From assembly GCF_009914755.1 (NCBI RefSeq), contig NC_060935.1: a DNA stretch of 64,000 bases, one strand, 5' to 3'. The position numbers and the translations under genes are program-made. This DNA comes from the human T2T-CHM13v2.0 reference genome, Homo sapiens. This document shows, piece by piece, positions 56,088 through 64,000 of the stretch. Positions within the stretch are counted from its first letter, which is position 1; every line of letters starts with the position of its first letter. The notes below the pieces were generated by a model. It was not told the origin of the DNA. It worked only from the letters and a program-made list of their open reading frames with translations, and searched no databases.

Positions 56088-56340
56088 ATACAGTCATTTG
56101 TTTATTCACACATTGAATATGTTTTGAGTTTCTGCTTTGAGTATTTAATATTTTTTCAGTTCTTTTCTCCAGGGGAGAAGACTGCTAGGGGAGTTGTTGA
56201 TGTAAGACAGGTCATTCGGGTAACAGTCAACTTATTTGTTCACAGAGCACTTAGTACTTATTGACTGAGACCAAGCACAGTGTCTACTCATAGTAGAAAC
56301 TCAAAACATATTCAATGCATAAAAAAACAAGTAACTGTAT
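56088..56340. repeat. 56-bp inverted repeat (arms 56088-56143 and 56285-56340), L2-tail-like
   Basis: 48/56 identity between one arm and the reverse complement of the other, with a 23-bp perfect core. Confidence 0.92.
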
Positions 56341-56600
56341 CATTCAGTATACATAGGATGACTGAACAGATAGATAAGGAAATGCAACAAACTAGCCATT
56401 TTAGACTTAAGATTGGGGGAAGATAGCATGTGCGGGATGAGATAAGAAGCCAGAAAGATGTGAATCACAGTCTTGATGCAGTTTTCTTTGTCTATCATCC
56501 AGAATCAATCTACTTGATACTTCTAATTTATCATAAAGTATAATACAAAAATTGCAAATGGTTACTTTTATAGTTTTCAGATACATACAAATTTCCTTTT

Positions 56601-56901
56601 TATTAATTTTTTTTTTTTTTTTGAGATGGAGTCTCGCTTTATTGCCAGGCTGGAGTGCAGTGGCTCAATCTTGGCTCACTGCAACCTCCGCCTCCTGGGT
56701 TCAAGCAATGCTCCTGCCTTAGCCTTCTGAGTAGCTGGGACTACAGGTGCACACCACCACGTCCAGCTAATTTTTGTATTTTTAGTAGAGATGGGGTTTC
56801 ACCATGTTGGCCAGGATGGTCTTGATCTCTTGATCTCATGATCCGCCTGCCTCGGACTCCCAAAATGCTGGGATTACAGTCGTAAGCCACCATGCCCAGC
56901 C
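56601..56901 (-). mobile_element. AluSc
   Basis: AluSc diagnostics 'ttgccaggctgg' and 'gatctcttga'; TSD acaaatttcctttt (56587-56600) / ataaatttcctttt (56902-56915). Confidence 0.93.
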
Positions 56902-59834
56902 ATAAATTTCCTTTTAAAGACAATTTGCAATTTCATAAGTAGGAACTCAGGATGGTGTCAAATGGCTCAAACTGTTGATACATAAAAGGAGTATATATGG
57001 CAATAAATACCATTTTTCAGTTAGAATGAGAGAAAGGTCACATACATACACATGTACATATAGACCCACATCATCATTTATAGCAGCAAGAGAATGGAAA
57101 ATGTGGAATTGGGAATTGTACCATAGACACTTGAAAGAATGATACATTACTTGAATGTAGATATAAGAAACAAGTAGTATATATTCACTCTGTGTTAGAT
57201 ATCAGGCAAGATATCTAGACGAAGTTATTCTGAGGCTGGTATTCTGCCCTTAAGGAGCTTAAAACAGAGGTAGAAAGAGAGGATAGACATATTTTTAGAA
57301 ACAGAGAAAAATCCAAATTAGAATACACTTGCGTACAACCATGTATCAGGCTTAAAATTACAAATGGTAGTTAAAATAGTGTGATGGCATAGTCTGACAT
57401 GTAATTTCCTTGATGTAAGTTCAAGATTGCAAAGATGTGTCAGAACAGGGCCTAGAATGCAGGTCTTTTGCTGTGTTTTCTGTTTCCCACATGCCATCAG
57501 GTAGAAGGACAAGTAAATATTGTGAGGGTAAGGACTCTGCTATTGATTTGTAATTCCTCTCTATTTCATACCATGACTGTCCTATTGCAGAAGCTCCATA
57601 ATTTTAATAAATAAATGAACAGAACAGTCAATATGTGACTAAACACCTTAAAGTAGGAATGAACATGGCATTATTTTAATGGCTAGCATGTTATAACTTA
57701 GAGTATGTGATATCTCTTTGTGTAGCTCATCCAGTCCCAATAATAACACTCTGACCTCAAGAATGTTATTCTGCTCACTCTGCAGGTGAACAAACCAATG
57801 ATCAAAAAAATTAAAGGTACGTTAGAGTAAACCAAGAGGACGATACTTAAAAGACACTATAGCAGAGAGGACTGGGCTGGTTAAAGTGGTGGCTGATTGG
57901 TAAGATTGAGAAAGCAAGACTAGGTGAGAAGACTAAAATTAAGAATAGGGGACCTTAAGTCAAGGCATCTGCCTTCAAAACAGGAGAAAACAGTCCTTGT
58001 GTAAATTACTGGAACAAAGGGTAAATAAAGCCATAATCTTACCAACCTTGTGAGTTCAATCTAATAGGACTATCTAGCTTAACTGAGAGAAAAAGAAAGA
58101 AGGGAAGAATCAGAAAGAAAAAGAGATGGGGAAAAACCTAGTTGCCAGAGAAGAAATATCAACTTTATATTGTTCTCATCAGCATAATGGAATTCTGCAG
58201 GGCATTCAAACTTCAAGTCAGTGTGGGGATCCTCTTACTCAAGAAACTCCAACTGAGTTACAATTACAGCTAGGAGGGACTCTGAAAAAATTTCTCATTA
58301 GTAACTCATATTACCTGCCTTCCTTAAAATACCATAACACTGTTGTTTCTAGAAGCAGGGATGTAATGCCCATGGGTCTTTTCTTTTTTTAAAAAAAAAA
58401 ATAATAATTACATTCTTTAATAGTCAGTTCTCCAACATAACTCTCAAATTTTGGTGGATGAGATACAACACTTGATAAAAATCAATCACTTTGCTATTGC
58501 TTTGCTTAGTTATATCACATGGTAGCTGGGAGATAAAGAAAATGACGATAAAATTTATTGTTTTTGGCATATAACCTAAACAAATAATACTATGTTAATT
58601 GGAGAGAGTTTGCTCAGTTTCTCTTTAACTAATCTCCTTCATATTATTATGAACTTACCAGCATCACCAACAATGAAGAAATAAATGATATAAATAGACT
58701 TAGAACATGGAAATTTGATCAAATAAGATACTTATTTTAATTGGCCAAGGGCAAATAGCCTCTGACACAGGTTTAGATGCCTGATACTTTACAACTTTGC
58801 AGAGATGGGATACTATGCAGGACCTCATTGCAAACCTTATCAAAACCTGCGAAATTTGAGAATAAGAAAAACACTTTTTTGGCTTTCTTTCAGTTTGATA
58901 GAGTTTTATGACTGGAGCTAAAGGTAAACCCAACAGAATTTATAAACCTGACTTTCTCCATTCTTATTCTTAGAATAAAAATAATTTGTTCAAAAGAGAA
59001 AAAGGAATAGACAATTTTGAAACTTTTATTTATTACAATAATTCACAAAGAATAAAAGTGACAGAGCAATTGAAATGAGAGGAAAAGAGACAAAATTAAA
59101 GAGAATGAAATGTGATTAGGTGTTCTACAGGTTCTTTCATAATTTTTCCTAGAGATAGACATGCATAAGAAAAAGCTTTATCTTGATTTTAAAATCCTCT
59201 TAATGTGATTGAAGCTCTTGCATTAAGCCCCACACAGCAAAATGCAAATGGTTGGCTTTTTTGGTGCCAAAATTAGTCTCCCTACCAGTGGCTTGTAGGA
59301 GCAAGTCTCCCTTCTCTTGTTTTCTCTGTGCTTAATAATGATCTAATTTAGGCAAGTGCACAACCAAATGATAAATGATTGATATGAAATATATGCATGT
59401 TGTTGTGTTGGTTCAAGGAGAATTTCACCTCTTGGGAAAGGAAGTGAATTACCAATTCTGCACAACCGTGTTAAGTGCTATACAAGGCAATATACAAAAC
59501 TGTCCAGTAAACAACTCACAAAGGCTAATCCACTCATCATGGACTGGGCTAGACCTAAAATTCCATATGTTCTTGGCTTTCATTCTGTATTTCCTTCAGC
59601 ATTCAAAATTTTAGTATCTAGCTGTTAGCAGATAGTACTTTCACACTGAGAAGTATTATAAGATAAGTGAAAACCTTGTGCTAAAATGGCTGTAGTTTAT
59701 CAGTACATATTTATAACCTCTTTCAAATTAATCTCTGCTATCCTTTTGAATCCAAAAACAGATCTGCTTCTAGAAGCTACCATACCCACAAGTTTGTTGA
59801 GACTTCTTTTCCCTTCCCTGCTACCACTTAGAAG

Positions 59835-60390
59835 GGGTAGACTGCTATAGTGAAAAGAACGTAAATAACTTTTAAATCAAATAAACACAGCTTAAAATGT
59901 ACTCTGTGACCATAGAGAAATGACAATCTCTCAAACCTGCGTTTGTTCATCTAAGAAAGGGGAAACCCATCCACATATTTATTGCAGGACTGTTGCAGGT
60001 ACAATCAATAAATGTTAAGTGGCTAGCACGATGCGTGGTAACCAGTAAATGATAACAAATGTATGACTGCTTTGTAAGACCTATTGCTACTAACAGCTCT
60101 ACGCTTAGAATCTGCCAAAAAGTCTTCTTGAATAATTTTCTTACACTGTGCCAATTTTTTTTGGCATGGAAATGGTGCAGATTTGAAACATAATATTCCT
60201 TTAAGAAAAGGAAGCTTAGATTTCCAGATCTCTCCTTGCTTACTATGTGATTGTATGTAAGTTGTTTAATCACCTAAATCTCAATTGCTTTAGAATGAAG
60301 GATAATAATAGTACCCACCATCATCGAACCGTAAGGATAAAATGTCTAATAATGTAATGCCTGAAATGTAAGTAAATAATTTTAGCTTTT
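59835..60390 (+). mobile_element. Two MIR fragments (~59835-60030 and ~60200-60390)
   Basis: 'ctatagtgaaaagaac...ttcatctaagaaagggga' and 'aatgaaggataataatagtaccc'. Confidence 0.6.
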
Positions 60391-60769
60391 TTGTTTAGTA
60401 TGAGGAGTAATAATAGAGATAATACACAAATATTTCCTGCCACAGGTTGTTTTCTTAAAACACTTTGAGTACCCTGCTTACCATCATTCTAATGCTACTT
60501 CAGAGGTGGCTTTTCACTGTGACCATGCAGGTAAGTGTTTATTTCTTAAACTTGTGCTATACTAATGCTGTATACCAATGCATATATATAATGCTGTGTT
60601 CCAATGTATACTAACACCTGGCTACACTACACAATGTCACATTCGTTAGGTCTGTGTTGTGATTGCACACAAAGCAAGGTTGAGGCCATTATCTTACAGA
60701 GCCCCAATTCTGCTGGGGGCCTGCCATGCTCTGGAGTCGTATTCTTAGCAGTCTCCACTGTATGGATGG

Positions 60770-60970
60770 GATCACTGCTTAGAAGTAGATCATTCCCTAG
60801 TTGAACCTTAAATGAGATCTAAGCCCTGGGCAACACCTTGATCACAGCCTTGCAGAGGACCCCGTTAAGCTGTTGTGTGCTTTACTGACCCATAGAAATT
60901 GTGAGATAATAAATGTGTATTAAGACATCGGCTCTGTGGCAATATTGTTATGAAGTTATAGGTACTAATA
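60770..60970 (+). mobile_element. MLT1 (E/F-type) LTR 3' part
   Basis: 'caacaccttgatcacagccttg...gacccatagaaattgtgagataataaatgtgt'. Confidence 0.7.
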
Positions 60971-62409
60971 AAATACCACAGAATACACTTCAGGTAATGC
61001 TATCATGCTTACTTAGCAACCAGACTCTTCATCTTGAAAACTATTTATTTTCAAACTTTATTTTTAAAAATTGTACCTCATTCTGTACTTAATTCACAGC
61101 ACTTTTTTTGGATTAAAAATTGAACTCTTATAATCCCTTTATCCACATAATTACCAGTAATAAAACAGTTTGGGATACAAATATTACTTCCAATATATAC
61201 CAACAAATCATATTTGGTTAATAATAACTAGTTCAGAATTTCAGTAGTTGATGCAATAGATGATATGAAAATCCCAAATTCCTCAGTGCTTGATGCTGGT
61301 AGTAAACAGATCTCTCTGTACTTTGAAAAAAGAAAATATGCTCTTCAGACACTTGTTTTGATAGAATCATAGATAGCTAAAGAAAAAAAAAACACAGAAA
61401 AAGACAAAATACAGCATAAATGCACAAAATCTACAGACTTACAAAGGAAATTATCTTTTCTCAACTAAGTGTGCTCTGGGCACAGTTAATCATGACCAAG
61501 CTGTGATTCATAAATGTGTTCTCTTTTAATCCAAAGGGAAGATACTTTGGGATCAAATTATTAGGTTATACTAATAGCATTGGGTAACTGGTAGAGGCTA
61601 AAGCCTGATGATATCTTGGAGGCAAAAGATAAAACAATATCTAAGTGATTCATCCAGAAGTGCTTTCAAATTAATTGAGCCCAGAGACCATGATGCTGGG
61701 TTTTTAATGGGCAAATTACAATGTGTAAGATCCAAAGTGCTCAGTGAGAAATAAGTGGGCAGTGTCAAAGAAGCAAATTGGGCTCCTTTTATTATTTATT
61801 TATTTCCTCCTAAGGAATGTGTTCATTCCTTTAGGTGCTTTGGTTCTTTTCTCCCTTCATCTAAATTGCCTTGCCCACAGCCTGAACACACCCAGACTGA
61901 GAGTTCAAGCCACAGAGAGAGGCAGGTGACCCTGAGATTTCACAAAAAGGACAGAGAGAGAGAAGGGACCAGTTTATTAAAACTTGAACTGGAAAGAGAG
62001 CAAAGAGCCAATCTAATTAGTGTTTAATGACTGAGCTCAAGTCAGAATGTCAGCCCTGGACCACCAGGGAGAAGGTAGTCTGGCTTGAAGAGAAAGAGTA
62101 CATGAAGAGGGAAGATGACACGGTCGATTGTCTTGGTCTGTCTCTCTGGTGCCAATTGTGGGAGCTACTGACACACGCTGATTTTCCTGAGTAAATCAAG
62201 GAAGAATGTAGACAGTGACTTTTCCTCCACTCCTCTGCCACCCTCCTTTATAATAATTTTGGCTTACATGCATACAGGTTTCTAAATGTCTTCAGCATCA
62301 GTCTCTGTAACCAACTATTGCCTTTAGCATCCAAACTTTAAAAGATTACTGTGTCCATCAAAGGAGGACTGTGGCTGAATCATTTTAGCAGGGTTGTGAT
62401 AATCCATAG

Positions 62410-62680
62410 GCACAGAAAAGCTTTGATTCAAAAAGAACTGAATTCAAATCCTAGTTTTACCAGTTACTAACTGGAGGGATAAATATATAAACCTGTTTTT
62501 ATTAGTAAGAAATATTTAGCGGGGGATTGGTTGAATCTCTCTGAGCCTCAGCTGTTTCTTCTTTAAAATGTAATTAGTAATATCTATTTTTACAGAATAT
62601 TGAAAGAATTAGACTTCAGATATACAAGCTACAGCATAGGGCCTTGATATTGGAAATTCAATAACTGAAAACTTTCTATT
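62410..62680 (+). mobile_element. MIR
   Basis: 'aattcaaatcctagtt...ctctctgagcctcag...taaaatg'. Confidence 0.6.
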
Positions 62681-63248
62681 ATCACACCTGGGAAATATCA
62701 AGAGAAAAAAACTGTCCTATCCAAAAATTTCCTTCATACTCCTTCAGTGCAAAACCTCACTCTGCACGTATCCCATTAGTAATTACTTCCTTGACTATAG
62801 CAATTTTGCAGGTAACTACAATAATTTATTTATATTAAAGAAGGTTCCTTGCTTTATGGTTCTCATTACCAACTATTGCTAGTCTTATTATAATATAAAC
62901 AAATTATAAAGTTGTATTAGAAATAACCAGGTCACATATGTGAAAGAACTGGCTTCAGAGTCTGCTCAGCCTTCAGAGAGTATGAAGGGATTCCTTTTGG
63001 GAATAGGCATGGGCCCACTTAAAAAGGCAGGGTCTGCTCTTGGGGTCTGCCTCTTAGGTGCCTCTTCACCCCCACAGAAGATATTTTCAGTCAAAGTAAG
63101 AGAAATTGATATTACTGCCAAATAAAACCGTACCATTGCAGTGGGGCTTATAGAAGACATTTTCTCTTCTTCAGTCCTCAATTCCACCATTCTGTGGCCA
63201 TTAGCCAGGCATTTTACCTTTCCTCTTTATAAATGATCTCTTGGTTGC

Positions 63249-63664
63249 TATATCAGTTTCCTTGGTCTGCCATAGCAAATGACTACAAATTTGGTATATC
63301 AAAAACATCAGAAATGTATTATATTACCATTCTTGTATTCAGAAGTCTAAAATCACGAGGTTGGCAGGTTTGGTTACTTGTGTAGGTATTTGCTCCATGT
63401 CTCTCTCTTAGCTTTAGGTAGCTGCTGGAAATCCTAGACTCACCATTCATCTCTGCCTCTGTGTGTCTCTGTATCTTAAACCTCCCTCCCCTTTCTCCTA
63501 TAAATCAAATCATTGGATTTAGGGCCCATCTTAGAATAATCTTATTCTGAGATCCTTAACTTAATTACATCTGCAGAAATAGTCTTTCCAAATAATGTTA
63601 CCTTCACAGGTACCAGGTAGGACTAGGACATATAATTTGGGGGGACACTGTTCAATCCTCTATA
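63249..63664 (-). mobile_element. MLT1C/D solo LTR
   Basis: 'cagaagtctaaaatca...cattggatttagggccca...aattacatctgca'; perfect 5-bp TSD gttgc (63244-63248 / 63665-63669). Confidence 0.88.
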
Positions 63665-63729
63665 GTTGCCTCACATACGGTAAAGGTCATGCAAGTCTCC
63701 CCAGTTCTTGTGCTTCCACAGTCCACTTT

Positions 63730-64000
63730 CCTCCTTCCTAACTTAAGTATTTTTAAAAATGTGATTTAGATCCTATCACCCTCGTACTCAAACCACCCCA
63801 AAGGCTTTCGACTGTAGAGCTGAACAAAGCCACAAGTCCTGTCCTGTGGGTTAGAGTCTATGGAACCTAACCTCGACATTTTCCTCCCAAACTTCTACAA
63901 CAGTCCTCTCCTTCTCATTCACATTCTCTCTGTTCTACAAGGACATCAACAGGTTTTTACACTTTCTTCCCCAAGATTGTCCCCAGCTGGTTTTTGCTTA
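63730..64000 (+). mobile_element. L2 fragment (runs off window end)
   Basis: 'ttttaaaaatgtgatttagatcctatcaccctcgtactcaaacc'. Confidence 0.55.

Overview
This is primate (human-like) AT-rich non-coding DNA, intergenic or deep intronic, densely populated by interspersed repeats. These include Alu (Y/S/J/FLAM), L1 (L1PA to L1M), L2, MIR, a CR1/L3 fragment, MaLR elements (a near full-length MLT1 provirus; THE1, MST and MLT1 solo LTRs), ERV LTRs (MER52, MER67, LTR33-like) and hAT DNA-transposon remnants (MER1B, MER20, MER58A, MER81). I found no credible protein-coding gene, RNA gene or CRISPR array; the supplied ORFs are short and repeat-derived or chance. I cannot support a new multi-gene biological system here. 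The most unusual structures are: a 56-bp inverted repeat (48/56 identical) around a splice-site-bounded micro-exon candidate at ~56.1-56.3 kb; an unassigned ~630-bp LTR-like insert splitting a MIR at ~14.8-15.4 kb; a twin-primed (inverted) L1 insertion with TSDs; an RFX X-box plus E-box palindrome cluster at ~30.1 kb; a tail-to-tail L2 hairpin; and a candidate 85-nt exon at ~60.45 kb. Repeat family calls come from recalled consensus sequences, so subfamily names and fragment boundaries of old elements are approximate.
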